A DNA stretch of 63,865 bases, filler included, from Octopus bimaculoides (Eukaryota): NCBI RefSeq assembly GCF_001194135.2. It is 5 parts of 5 records of this genome, joined end to end, with 100 filler letters (N's around TTAATTAATTAA, not from the genome) between each part and the next. Parts side by side here need not be neighbours in the genome. Positions count along the whole stretch, not along the records: positions 30,015 to 41,202 come from NC_068986.1; positions 41,303 to 55,162 come from NC_068981.1; 3 more parts are not named here. One strand, written 5' to 3'. A program made the position numbers and the translations under genes. The notes below the pieces were generated by a model. It made no database searches, had not been told where the DNA came from, and saw only the letters and a list, made by a program, of their open reading frames with translations. Positions 37,855-52,300 of the stretch are shown here, piece after piece (positions within the stretch are counted from its first letter, which is position 1; each line of letters opens with the position of its first letter).

Positions 37855-38327
37855 CACACATCTATTATATATATATATGTACGTTTGTGTGTGTGTGTGT
37901 GTGTGTGCGCGCGCACATGTATATACGTTTGGATGAGTTCCTATGTACAGGTATGCTCTATTTACTTGTGTAGACATAAAAGCTGTCACACACACATGCG
38001 TACGCACAAACACACTCTGTACGACATGCCTCACACCCACATATCCACAGTTATATCCATACAGATATCATTGTTGTTATTGTTATCAATATTATTAACA
38101 CCATCTTCATTAATTGTTTACAGTAAGCAATTAATTTCATTCGTTCCATATCGTTGATTTTGTAGAAAACCTGTCTTTAACGTAAAACTTGAAAAAATAA
38201 GGGGTTAGGACATTATGTGTTTGCAGTAATCGTTTTCCATTTGGGGTAGGTTATACTTTATTATGTATTTGTTTTGCATGATGTGAAATCGTATATCGAA
38301 ACAGACAATGTTATATTTCGGGACGGT

Positions 38328-38362
<35 letters not shown>

Positions 38363-39119
38363 CAGATAAACACGCTCACTATATATTAGTTCTTCATTTT
38401 AGCTTTATCATTGTTCGTATTTTAGTGTTTTTTGTCCGAAATCTTTCATCACACATCCGGACCTCTTCAGCGACTCTCCATTCCACGTGTCTCCTCCAGG
38501 ATGTGTGGCGGAAGATTTCAGGCAAAGGACACAGAAATAAGAACAATATCAAAGCTAGAGTGAAGAACGAAGTGCGTGTGTTTATTTGTCAAAAACAAAA
38601 AAAAATGACAAATCCGAAATATACTTTAATTTACCATTCGTAAACAAACGTATTTAACGGCGTTCCTAATCTGAAAAAAAAAATCAGTACCCGACATAGG
38701 CACGTAAACTGTTTTTAGAGATCGTAATCGCAAACGGTAGAATAATCAAAAAATTGATTTTCTCAACAGAACAAAGTAAATGTTTTTATTTTCTGATAAA
38801 ATATCGTAATTATGAACAATGTGATTGATTTGAAAATTGATAATACACCTACACAAACATTTATATGCATTTTACCAAGTAGCAAGAATGAATTATGGAA
38901 TAATTCGAAATGATGAAGGGGGAAATCATTTTCGTCCTTCGTCTAACACATGTGAGATTATCTGGCAGATAAAAAGTCTACTTGGTGGGGCTCTTTGACA
39001 ACAGAAGGTACATCCATGCTTCAGTTAAAAAGCAAGACAAAAAAGCTGAGGCTGGGGATAACATACATTTGCATTTTATAAAACCTTATATTTGAATTTA
39101 AAAGACATCTTTGGCATGT

Positions 39120-39320
39120 ATCCTATTCTACAGCGCCTGGTCGATCCTTGCCTTGTCAGTAAAATTAGGTAGACGAAAGCTAACAGAAGTCTGACTGATA
39201 AATGGACCCGAAATTTGAAGGTTCAGCATACTAACACTCTCTACGCTCATCCTACTTGAGAATTATCCTAAAAGTGCATGTATCTGTGGAATACTCAGCC
39301 ATTTCCACAACATGTAATTC
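39120..39320 (+). mobile_element. Old repeat sharing the SINE family A 3' region
   Basis: gagaattatcctaaaagtgcatgtatctgtggaatactcagccatt resembles gagaagtacgttaagggtacacgtgtctgtggagtgctcagccact. Confidence 0.5.
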
Positions 39321-40304
39321 AGTTAACCGAGTAACTGAAAACTTTTCGTTGGTTTGTTGAACGAAATATGTCTCTGAGTGTGTAGCGTGTTGCTCTTGTT
39401 GGTGTAAACTGTTAAAGCATGCGAAAGAAATCTGCTTTTAGACATTTACGTATGTGTTGTGATAAGATATGTCATAGGTAAACTAAGAGAAACCTAAACG
39501 ATGCAAAAAATTAAGAGCGACAAAGCAAAATGTCCTTTAAAATGGTACCTCGAAATGGCTGACATCCAATGACTGAGACTAATGAAAAAATATGGATTAA
39601 TGTAAATATGTGTCTGCATAAGCAGAACGAGTGGAATCCAATAATACAAAGAAATGGAAGTAAGAAAGCGAGAAATTTAAGAAATAAATGTAGAAGATTG
39701 AGAAGATTATAAAATTTATATTTTTATTAACCATTCTTTTTTATCTACACAGCCGGAGATAGAAACATCTGTGATTCAGCGGAAAGCGGGTTGGTAGTGT
39801 TATGGCTGCATGCTAAACCGGAAGTCTGTCATAAATAAGATCAAAAACTGGCTTTAATAAACTCCAGCGTGTTTATTATTTATAGTATTCAACCTTAAGT
39901 GATGAAAGATTTAGTCAAATCTTGCAAGATTTGAAATCTGACCCATCTACTCACTGAGAATTTGATATCGTTAATTATGTAACTCTTTCTGTTTTGTATG
40001 TGAGTTTATTGCTTATTTATTGGGAAGTGAATTTTTTTTAAAGAAAATTTTATAATTTAATTCTACTGCTCCAACACTATACTGCTTAGATTCAATCGAT
40101 AATACTTCCCCGTAGCAATAACTCTACTAGTGCAGGTTCAAAATATGTCTAACCTAATTGATTAGCATACACACACTTCTCCCATGTCTTAACGTGAAGC
40201 TAAATTTTAATTTAAAACAACTAAACGTTTTACATAAAGTCGGCAATATATGACAAATAACCATTTACTAGATATGACTATTTTGCCCCCATTATTGAGC
40301 GTAT

Positions 40305-40683
40305 ATGCGCAATGGCCCAGTAGTTAGGGCAGCGGACTCGCGGTCATAGGATCGCGGTTTAGATTCCCAGGCCGGGCGTTTTGAGTGTTTATTGAGCGTA
40401 AACACCTAAAGCTCCACGAGGCTCCGGCAGGGGATGGTGGCGAACAGTGCTGTACTCTTCCACCACAACTTTCTCTCACTATTACTTCCTGTTTCTGTTG
40501 TCCCTGTAATTCAAAGGGTCAGACTTGTCACACTGTGTCACGCTGAATATCTCCGAGAAGTACGTTAAGGGTACACGTGTCTGTGGAGTGCTCAGCCACT
40601 TGCACGTTAATTTCACGAGCAGGCTGTTCCGTTGATCGGATCAACTGGAACCCTCGACATCGTAAGCGATGTAGTGCCAACAT
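40305..40683 (+). mobile_element. SINE family A, full length
   Basis: gcgcaatggcccagtagttagggcagcgg...cgtaagcgatgtagtgccaaca. Confidence 0.92.
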
Positions 40684-41066
40684 TTGAGTGAGCATAATAT
40701 ATTTCCAAGAATGCAAACGAGATCTCATCAGAAATTTGCTTGTGATGTTATATACGTTCCCAATTATTCGATTACAGTTAAGAATCGGTTCTAATAATAC
40801 TTGGCTAACTTCCATTTTATCACTCAGAAATATTCAGTTGTAATTGTTGGGTTTTGCTAATCGATATGAACACTGGTTCTAGCAGATATTACCAACTCAC
40901 AGGCATCACGAAGTACATCATCAGCACTAACAACAACATCACAATCACCCGGTGTTAACATAAGTTATTTACATATACAGTCAAATGCATACATGCATAA
41001 ATATTTGCATAGAAAGGTATTTAAGTGTGTGCGCGCGTGCGCGCGTGTATTTATATGTGTTCATGT

Positions 41067-41190
41067 GAAGGTGCGTGTTTGCGTGCTTAGGTAGCTGCAC
41101 ACACGATTAGAAGATCGTCGTTTCAATTCACAGAATCGAAGAATAATACAGTGACCAAATGTTTATAACAACATCCGATAGTCTGGTCGA
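41067..41190 (+). mobile_element. SINE family D, centrally deleted
   Basis: gtgaaggtgcgtg head joined to the gtgacc..ataacaacatccgatagtctggtc tail seen at 3920-3960. Confidence 0.45.
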
Positions 41191-41302
41191 TGTATATATA
41201 TANNNNNNNNNNNNNNNNNNNNNNNNNNNNNNNNNNNNNNNNNNNNTTAATTAATTAANNNNNNNNNNNNNNNNNNNNNNNNNNNNNNNNNNNNNNNNNN
41301 NN

Positions 41303-41685
41303 TAGCAAAATGTGGAATCTGAAGACGAAAACAATACCTATTGTCATAGGTGCCCTGGGAATGACAGCGAAACGGGCTGATTACTACCTAGCTCAGATAC
41401 CAGGAAACCCCAAAATGGCTGAAGTTCAAAAGATAGTGCTCATGGGAACTGCCCATATCCTACGTAAAATACTGTCTATGTGATCTCAAATTTTAAAACA
41501 TTCCCTAGAACAACACTGTACAAATTCAAATATATGGTACCCTAAGCATAACACCTACATGAACTTCTAACTTGTTGTCTCTTGAGGTCTCTGGGTGAGA
41601 CTTGGATCCAACTTGTACAAATGCAAAGCAAAAGTCAAACATAAAACAATAATAATAATAATGATGATGATGATAATAATAATAA
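41303..41685 (+). mobile_element. R4/Dong-like LINE 3' end (RLE C-terminus, 3' UTR, (TAA)n tail)
   Basis: SKMWNLKTKTIPIVIGALG...VQKIVLMGTAHILRKILSM-stop (41481), 3' UTR shared with 29772-29914, (AAT/GAT)n tail. Confidence 0.88.
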
Positions 41686-42774
41686 TATATACATACATAC
41701 ATACATACATACATACATACATACATACATACATACATACGTAAACATCCACAGAACACGCGTGGTTTTGGTTATTTTATTTAATTTGAAGGTCTGCTAC
41801 TTTTTAAAATAGTCGTTCATAAAAAAAACATGCCCTGTTCTTTTTCACTCCGGAGACATAGTAGGACGTAACATCAGAGTGACATGAAAAAAGTAAAAGA
41901 AAACAAAGAATATATTTCCATAGGTTCGACATATTTGTAAATACAGAAGAGGGTGCTGTTTGTTCATACCAAACTGAAAGCAGGCAAGGTGATCGCCTGC
42001 TTACATCTGAAGCAGATATAGATTGAAAAGAGGGCAAGAAAAACGACAAATATTTGTTTTTTAAATGAATGTTCAAAAAACTTGCTGCCTACTTGTTTTC
42101 TAAAATCTATTCGCAATCTTGTGCTAACATTGGCGATGATGTCGTCAACATTCTGCGGCTTCCAAAGGTCTTTGATCCTAAACACAAGCTGATTGGGTTA
42201 CATTCTAAACCTCACACCCTTTAAACTGAGTGTGGGTAACAGGAAATACATATCCTATAGATAGTAACACGCGCGCGCAACGCGCATTCACAAACATCCT
42301 GATATACAATCTTTCCTCAATAAGGTCAGATATACATTCTCGTTTTTAAACACACAAACACAACTCCACGCAAACTAACACACACACATACAACCCCTCC
42401 CACACACATGCAACAGATACACACACACACTCTCTTACATACACACACATACACACACACGCACGCACACACACACACACACACACATACACACACACAC
42501 ATACACACACACACACACCATGCAGAATAGAGGAAATAAGAATATCTTCCTTCTAATCTTGAACATTTTATTACTGTTTAGCCTATTTTCAAGTATATAT
42601 CTAAATGCAGATGTATACTTGATGAGGAATACACACACATACACGTAAAGACGCACATATTTTATGATTTTGCTTACGCATAGCTGTACTAATAACTAGT
42701 CGTTAGAACTCAATGTACACATGCTTAAGAGTAAAACATTATGCCAGCACAGAGCGTAATTGTAGTTTCAAAGT

Positions 42775-42975
42775 TTGGCAGTAAGACCAGCAATTTTAGG
42801 AAGAGGGTAAGTCGATGACATCGACCCGTGTTCAGCTGGTACTTATTTTATCGATCCCAAAAGGATGAAAGGCAAAGCAGTATTTGAACTCAGAACGTAA
42901 AGTCGGAGGAAATGTTTGACAAACGTTTGACAACATTTCCACCAGTGCGGTAACGATTCTCCCAGCTCACCGCTT
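42775..42975 (-). mobile_element. SINE family B, degenerate
   Basis: ctggtacttattttatcgatcccaaaaggatgaaaggcaaag...gaactcagaacg...cccagctcaccgc. Confidence 0.75.
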
Positions 42976-43712
42976 TTGCAGAGCGTAATGTCGATTAACG
43001 AATAACTGGGAAACAGTCGTCACGCAATCAACTTCATTAGCTTACAACTGTATCGGCTATAAGAAGCATTGTACTCTGAAGTGAGTGTTTGTGCAACAAC
43101 CGATAGCTTCCTCGGAGCCATTAAAAATGAAGCCAATGTTCATTTCGGAAATTATTTATAGACATAGAAATTATTATATTCGGAGCCATACATATAAATA
43201 AATAATGTAATATGGTTTGAGAGTGAGAAGTGAACCCTAGAAATATAGAGATTTAGATAAATATATGCATTCACACATGCGCATAATAAACACGCATATA
43301 ACTATTCATACACATACAGATATACATACAAATATACGTTAATATACATTTATAGACGTATATGTGTACAGCAATATATAAATTAGAAAACTGTATACGT
43401 CAACGACTATAAGAACTCAGACAAGATATAAGAGTATGGAGACAGACGAATTGCTGTATGTAAGACAGAGTCTGAAATAAATGTATTTAATTCTCGAGAA
43501 ATTATCATTTTCTACTTTTGATGAGATGGAAATAATTTAGCTGGAAGTTAGGATAAAACCAGACAGCCTATGCCATGGGATAGATTGTTGAGATGGTATG
43601 CCGAGTCATAAAACTATCGAAAGCCCATTGTACCCACCTACATAAGCAATAGATACGTATGTACTCTTAGACATACATGTATGTATGTATGTGTGTATAT
43701 ATATATATATAT

Positions 43713-43749
<37 letters not shown>

Positions 43750-46700
43750 TTTATATATAGAGAGAGAGAAAGAGAGAGAGATATTCAAACAAACAAATAT
43801 ATACTGTAACACATACAGAGACGGCCGAAAAGGGTTTTCAATTAATTGAAATATCTTTTTAGAAAAAGAATACAAAATCCTAGCGATAATTGTTAGTGAC
43901 TGTTAAAGAAAAGAGAATTACATGCATAGGAGAAAGCTTGATCTTTGTTTGCAGGTAAGAATGATAACTACGAACATGTTCTGGTCTTATTGGATCCCAA
44001 CAGCACGGTTTGCTCAAGCACACTTAGTGTTCTTAATGTTACTTGTAACTTTATAGCTATAGTTGAAAGTCTTGCGTGAAACATTTTGTTTTTGAAAGTG
44101 GTGTTTCCAGGTATTACATTTGATCCAGTGGCTTTCAGGGATAAGTTAAATAATCTTAGTAAAAATATGGAAATTACAATGAACTGTAATTATACTCTTC
44201 TTTTTCTGTCAATCTCGTAAAGTATCTTTTTGCATGCAAAGTTCGTTATCAAAACAACAAAAATATCACGCTTGGTTATTTTATCATAACTTGGTTGTTA
44301 TTTTATTGTTTTATTATTAATCTAGCAATACTATATTTTCGATCTAAAAATGATTATCCGTTTCTGAAACTTTGGAACTAAAGTAATTAAATAGTTTTTT
44401 TCTTTTATTTCACTTTCTGTCAAAATACACGCACCTAAGAAGGAACTGAAATGAAATCTGTTAAACAGATTTCTTTTCAAAGCATTACTAAATAACACAC
44501 CCAACTGTTTTCATACATTGCTTTTGCTGTCACTCTCCGCTTTTCTTCTGTTTGTCTATCAGTCAGTGTAACTGTCCCTTTGTCCTGTGAATTTATTTTC
44601 GAGTTATTTTATACATCACTTTAGTCAGGTGACTTGTCTTGTCAGTAACTATACCAGAAAGAAACATCGTAAAGTTTCATTAAGCGCTATTCAATTGCTC
44701 AGAAGACTCGATTGTCCAATACTTTTTGTTGCGCTTCACTAAGTTTTTTTCTAAGTGTCATCACTGACCGATGGCGTTATTCCGACATTGTTTACATCTA
44801 AATTGAAAATAACAGTGGCTAGCACCTAAGTGTTTTGTATTAGCCTTTATCCATTTAAACATTGTCCATCTTATCCATTAGTGAAAATGTCTTCCGATGT
44901 TAATGAGTAACGAATTTGAGAAGCGTATGAAACGAAAGCCTGCACCCGGAAATTGAAATAATATAGGACTGAAAAGAAGTGAAACCAGAACGCTATTGTG
45001 CGTGAATATCGTACTGGATCTTCAACAATATATAACATTAAGAAATGAGGACAGTTTAATGCGGTGTATTGCCGATTCAGAGACAAATATCAGTGTTGAT
45101 ATGTGTAAAACTTTAGCGGGGGCAAAAACAAACGATCGAAATTTTGAGAACAAGATGTAGTGTTATTCAAGTGTTTTCCTGCAAAATGATCCGAGAGTAT
45201 GCCGATTTTAAGACCAATGTTCATTAAAAACTCCTTACGATGGTATGGGTATCACAAAGACTTGTGAGTTCAATGCTGGGCGGTTTAGAAATATTTTAAA
45301 TGTGGCATGGAATTCGTAAACTTAATTTGTATGTGCTAAAGAATTTTTCAGATATTGAGATTCTTGAAAAATAGTTACATATTTGATGACTTGATTATAA
45401 TAATAAGTTGTTTTTTTTTAGTCCCATTACACTGGTATATTTGAAAATCCGATCTACCCACGTCCCAAAGAGTGGATCTGTACAAAATGTTGTCTTAAAC
45501 GTTGAACAAAATCAAGTTACTTTAGATGCAACATAAAATTAATAGCAAAAGTAACATATGTTGGAGATGTGTGGGGCAGTTACAAATATGAATTTTAAAT
45601 GAGTTGAAAGCAATCTTGAAATTTTCTTTCTGTTTAGCAATATAGTGGCAATACAAACGTAATGAAATCACAAAATTAATTTTAAAGTACGAGTGTTGAT
45701 TTTCTCATTATGGAGACAAATTGTACAAAGATAATCACTTATGAAACAAATATTTTACTGGATAGAGTAATGATATAAACACAATTATAGAAAAATTGTT
45801 GTTACTGCTAATATGCGAATTCCAAAACAACAGAAATGTAACTGCCTATCACCACAAAATTACTCTCAGAATTGCCTTACCATAAGCAGAGATTTGCATT
45901 AAGCATCCCACAGAAAAAAAAAATTGATAAATAAAATTACAATTAATACTTTTTTACCTCAGCGCCAAAGTTTGCCAACATTTTCCCAGAAATAATATTG
46001 AATAGTACAGCACAACATTCCCTTTACAATTTATACATATATAATAATATATGTGTAGATTTTAGTAAATGTACACCAATGCAATGGCGTTTATAGAAAC
46101 GTGCTTATATAGCCAACAGAAGGAATTAAATACACAAATGTTTACGATGTGCGTGTAATGTTATGGGTGTACTTAAAGCCATTGATACATCTACATCCAC
46201 ATGTGCAAGCCTGCTTGCACGTGCCTGTATAATTATTTTGGATGAGTGAATTACGATATTTGCTCAAATTTGTCAGGAGGGACATATATTTGTATGTCTC
46301 ATTTAGAGACTGAGAATAACGAAGCAAAATAAAACTGAAATATGAGAATAAATAGATGAATAACATAGGGAAATGGCGTCTATTGGTAAAAGCTGGAGCC
46401 GTTGTAGGATTATAAGCTGTCCTGATGTGATCAAATTGTTCAGCTACAAGAACAAACTATCTGATTGAATTACCGTTGTCTCGTATCGACATTGAACCTT
46501 ATCCGGCCGTTCAACTAAGCATTAATTCATGCATGACTGGCCACAATGGATTAGTGTAAACAGCGACTTTTGGCATTCTGGCCTGAGGATAGTAGACAAG
46601 ACCATTGTATTTAAAGTCGTCAATTAACTAATAAATTGAAATTTAATTCTAGCGTTCATTTCTGTGAAAATTCAATTTGATGTAAAATGTAAATTATTAC

Positions 46701-47309
46701 AGTTGTTTCTAGTTTTTGTATTCAATTTCATTGAACTGATTTCTATTTACAGCTTATTTCTAGTTTCCATTTGAAACATTCGTAGAAGTTACAACTACTG
46801 ACAAGGACGATGACAGTGACAACGAGATGATGTATCAAGTATTGATTAACGCAATCGCAAAATCCTAAATTTTGAATTTAAAAGTATTATTCTTCTATTT
46901 TTTTATTATTACCTTCATGTAATTGGAATGCAGCCATTCTGAGAGCATCACCATCAACAGTTTTAGTCAATTTTGTAGATCCACAGTAATTTGTTTGATA
47001 TTCATTGCATTTACGAAAAGGATTATCAGACTGGGATATAGTGAAAAGAAAAAATACTACAATTTATTTATGCATGAAATACAGATTTCAACAGCGATAC
47101 CACATCGATGTGAGTGTGTATGTGTGTGTGTATGTGCGTGCATGTGTGTGTGTCTATATGTATATATACGCACATGCGTGCACAAACATACACACAAGCA
47201 TGCATGCAGATATACATATATGTATGTATGAATGTAGGAGAATATAATGGAAACACCTTAACATTTCAAACAAATTTACTTTAATATGGAGTATTAATGG
47301 TAATAATTA

Positions 47310-47480
47310 CAACTTGAAATTTACAGTTGTTATAGGTGCCCTAGGTACCGTCACCAACAGACTTGGCAATTTCCTCATTGGGATTGGAGTAACTATGAGG
47401 GCTGCATTAATTCAGAAGTCTACTCTGTTGGAAACAGCAAGGATGGTAAAAAAAGATCCTCGATATCTAAAGAAACTGGT
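47310..47480 (+). mobile_element. R4/Dong-like RLE C-terminal fragment
   Basis: VVIGALGTVTNRL...LIQKSTLLETARMVKK. Confidence 0.75.
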
Positions 47481-47983
47481 TTTGACTCGAGAGAAAGTAC
47501 ATTGATTCTGAATATATGAGAGTAACTACATTTGTTAAGTAGATTAATTTCTGAATTAAAATTTAAACGAATTAAAATTTAAAGTATGTAACAGTATACT
47601 ACAGATTACAGGTATTTATTATATCGCTCCCGTTGTAATGTTTGGATATTTAAAAGTATCAACATGATTTCAAAATCGATTCATGGTTATAGATTAACTT
47701 ACTCATATAATCAGTTGGTTGGCTTTAAGGCTGATAAAAAGTCTGTTTTTGTTTTGTTTTATTTTGTTTTTCAGGGTGTTAAACAAAACCGGATTTACAA
47801 CATATTGATTTCCATGCGATTTCGAAAGGTTAAAACTATGTGAAGCTTAAAACTTATTCAAATTATATAAACATAAGAACAAAAGAATAAAAAGTGTAAA
47901 TGATATAATTTCAACGTAGATTATTTTCTAAAGGTACTAGCTTTGGATCTAGTCCATCTCAATCATAGATTTTTTAATTAATT

Positions 47984-48440
47984 TTCCGGGTCATCTCTAC
48001 TAAATGTCACCACTCTGTTCTGTTCGTACGGCGAGCGAAGATGATGTCACCTTTATCCTTTCTTCCTTTCTAGTCAGCACCGTGCATTCCTTACTCTTTC
48101 CCTCTCTTCTACACTATCAACTAGCAACCAGCGAGCGAACTTGACACAGCTACTACAATTACCATATTTTCCGGTGTATAAGCGGCTATTTGTTTTGTTT
48201 TACCTTCATGTTTTGATAATGTTATTTTTATCAAATAAAGACTTTTATATTGACGAAATGTGTTTGTTGTTGATTATAGTAAGATAAAATCATGACAATA
48301 ACAATACATCTCATAGTTGTAAAATAAGGCATTTTGAAACTACATATACGTCAACAACAAAAAAGCTAGCCGCAGACTCATTGCTCTATGATGTTGATTC
48401 TTCGAACAGAGTGGTGATATTTAGTAGAGATGACCCGGAA
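47984..48440. mobile_element. MITE-like element, ~457 bp, with 37-bp TIRs
   Basis: TTCCGGGTCATCTCTACTAAATGTCACCACTCTGTTC and its reverse complement (1 mismatch); non-coding interior; TSD unclear. Confidence 0.8.
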
Positions 48441-49224
48441 GTTGTTCCTCTTCGATTACTATCGCACACAGCAGTAGCTTTCTTCAACCGAATACACGTC
48501 GTTGATTGGTTGAAATCACCCAAATACAACAACTTTAACACGAAGTAACTTCTAAAATACGAAATTTTGTCAAAAACGTTCAGAGTAAATCGTATTCTAC
48601 GTGAGAAATTCTATCCGTATTCGAAGTTTCAAACTGTTTAGTTAAAAAAAATTAATTAAAAATCTGTGATTGAGATGGAATAGATCCATAACTTTTACCG
48701 AAATATTAGTAAAGTTGATTGACAAACAATAATATTCTCACCTTAATACTTCATAAACATCCAGATGTAGACACGAAGATGAATTGAATTAATAATGAAA
48801 GTGTAAACTTTAACATACAAAAACCACCGCTGATTTCATTTTATTGAAATTACATCCAAATGTAAATGGAGTGTTATCGATTAATATATTAGTATAAAAT
48901 CTGAAAAAGAGGTAACTGGTGATATAGTCTGTGTTAGGGACAATCAGTCCATTAGAGAGTTTGTAGAAGAGTGTGATAACTTCGGTTGCCGAGAAAAGTA
49001 AGGAAATTGACATTTCGGTTTCTTGCTCTTTGACTGAGAACGAGGAAAAGAAAGTGGCAATGTCATTTTGGTTGAAGTCAGTGAATAATAAAGAGAGAAA
49101 TAGGTAATGTTATTTGCTTAAGTTCACTAATGTCTGACAACAGCTTGATGGCCAGAATAATACAAAGGACCAAATAGTCTTTCTGCTATAAGCACAAGGC
49201 TTGAAAATCTGAAGAAGGGAGTTG

Positions 49225-49386
49225 GTTGGTTACATCGACTCCAGCGCTTGTCTGGTACTTATTTTATCGTCCTTAAAGGGTGAAAAACAAAATCGACCTC
49301 AGCGGCATTTAAACACAGAACGTAATGTCGGAAGAAATGCCACTAAGCATTTTTTCCGGCGTGCTAACGATTCTACCAGTTCGCTG
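49225..49386 (-). mobile_element. SINE family B, degenerate
   Basis: ctggtacttattttatcgtcc...aatcgacctcagcggcattt...cgtgctaacgattctaccagttcgctgc. Confidence 0.75.
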
Positions 49387-52300
49387 CATTACGAGGTACA
49401 GAGTATTGATTCCAATACGTGGTTCCTCACATTTATAAATGCACATGGTTATGATGGCAACCTGGAACCAAGAGGAGAAAGGAGAAAAAAAGTTGTCTAT
49501 ACATATGTGTATGCGTTTGTCTGTTTGTGCGCGCGCGCGTATGTGTGCGCGTGCGTGCGTGCACGAGTGCGTGTGTGTGTATGTATGTGAATATGTATAT
49601 GTGTGCTTGTAAAGAACTTTCAAAATATTGTCCTCATCGTTTGTTTACCTAAACAGACATTGATGATAGTTAAATGCGTGACTTTATGAAGATTACTTAG
49701 TAACACCGTCAGTGAAAGTTGCAGATACATACCCAATAACAAGATCTGAACATATGCCACTGACTTTCTTTACCACATTTCCTTTGTTCTTTGTTACCCT
49801 TATCTTCTTTTTCAACAAAGCTAACCGTTTTCCACTTTGTGATAAACTTAGGGCGAATGTTTGCATATTATTTATATGAAGTGAATAGAATTGCTGTGTT
49901 AACTCAATGGAGCATGAACAGATACTGTCGCAATTCCCACACAAACTCCTAATTTTATTCCGATTCTAAACTCCTCACAATTTTCTCTACGAGTTTTAAA
50001 TTTCATCCTTTCTTTTCAAATTTTATTACAATTATGTAATAATAAATTGCATATAATAATAGATTTTATATAAATAATAAAATTTTATAGTTTTAACATT
50101 TTTCGGTGTCTTTGTTTACATATATCAACGTCAGAGTTAGTTATTGTTGGGTAAGCTTTTAACGAGCGGTTGTTGAGTTCTTTTCCCAAGTATCTCTTTC
50201 GCTACTAACAGATATTTCCTGGCCTGTGAAGTCTACGATTGCTAGACCTACTATATGAAAACCGTTGACGTCCTTTGGGTATGTGTTCTATTTTTGATAC
50301 AAAATTGCTGTCAACGAACTGTTGATTTTTATATGTTCTCAGTCATTGTTTTATTTGTAACAAAATCTAGATTGGCTAGGTTCTATTCTTCTTTGGTTTG
50401 TGCTGTATATTTCAGTGCATAATCAAATGATTATTCAAATAAAGCGATATTACTAACGTTATGTCAGCGTCTTAAACTAGTGGCTTACTAGTCTCTAGTC
50501 CCGAAACAACACTTTGAATATAATTTCTTGATATATGTGAATATTTTGGATAAAATATTGCACGAAAGAGAGTTCCTTCATACTATCTAACGCATTAATT
50601 GTCTCTGAAACTAACGCAGATAAAGTATTTAGAAAAGTTATTTCTCCAATCTTGCAGTATCTCGTCAATCTTTTTTATGCTGTCGCAGAAAATATACGTT
50701 CATTTCAGTATATATTTGCTTCTAAATATTTTTGTATTGATTTATTCATTACAGATGACTTACTGTCCTTCAAACTAGTGATGTCTACTTTCTTTCTTAA
50801 ATTAGCAGAGAATAAAGAGGATTATGAGGAAACTGAACTTTTCGGACCATCTCTCCAAATCCACCTTGCATTTGAATCGTAAACATGCCATCGTTTGCTT
50901 TCGCTTCAGATTGATTTTACTAGTTGCCCGATTTATAACATTACATGATGCAGCAGCTTTAAAGTTTATGTCTGCTTTTTCAATCAGTATGTCCTGGTCT
51001 TTTGAATACTTGTTTACTTCCATACACTTCTTCGTATATTATTGATTAAATTAAGTTGCTTAACGTAATAATATATTTTTTTATATATATTTAATTTCTT
51101 TCCATAATGAGTTTGCGTATGATATTCAGTAGCATCATTTACACAAATTTTCTTATATTTTTGATGTTTTTATTGTTGTTTCTTCGAAGGATGAGACAAT
51201 GTTTGCCAAGAAGATCCTGAGTTAGTCTTATCTACTTAGAATTTTGGGCCTATTCTTTTACAAGGAATTAATCAGTCGGTTAATTCATTCTATGTAAAAG
51301 AAAAAGCCAAATTGAAGCGAATCAGTAGCACGCCACGAGTTGCTGTCACGATAAACTCAAAAGTTACAAATTTTACCTAACCACATAAGATCGAGCGACT
51401 GACCAACTTCTTAAAACCAAACTACCTATGCTCAGTTTCTACCTTCCATTGAATCCTAAGTGTAGAATTGAAATGTGGTCATATTCAAATTTGATAAACT
51501 ATTTGTTGTAACAAAAAAAAAAAAAAGCTTCTTAATTAATCTGAATTGCTCTTACCTCCTAATAGACCACCAGTCAATAGGAAAAGGGCATGCATGGATA
51601 TTCCTAAATTATGTATCGAGGAAAATGGACAGAGTTTTCGTTATCCTTAATAATTATCATCAGAATGAGGGTAGGCTATTGTGCTTATATGTTAGTTTGG
51701 GGTAATTATCCTCAGTGTACGTGTAGGCTATTATGTTATGTATTAGTTAAGCGTGATTATCATCATAATAAGGGTATGCTATTCTGTTATCTATTAGCTA
51801 CGGATGAATGAGCATTAAAGTAATGGAAATCATTGCTTATGAGTAAGAGTATTGTCAGTTCTAGAAAATGGATTGAAAGAACACCAGAATGTTAGTTTCA
51901 CTTAGGCATGTTGATGTGTGCTTCTTTATATATGTTTCGTGAAACATAACGGCAAGGGCGTGAAGTATGTTGATCGGATGTCGATCTGAGAAAATTGGAT
52001 GGATTTGGGGTATGTATACAGTTTTATCATATGTTTGCTTACTCATATATGTGCCTGTATAGGTTTTGAATACTTGTCTATTTGTGTGTATGTATATACA
52101 AAAACGTATAAATGCGTGCTTATAAGGTATGCACACTACATAATGAGATTCACTCTCAAATGTTCTGTCAATCTGCACCCTAAAGTGACAAACACTATTA
52201 CGCATGAATACTGACATTGATTTTCTTAATGTTCATTCACCCTTTACTAATGTCCTAACGAAATAAGCCTAGTTTATATAATAAAGAAAATTTGCATTAA

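Noticed and set aside
49693-49944. 70-80 aa ORFs on both strands
   Set aside because: No recognisable motif and no convincing splice pair; expected by chance.
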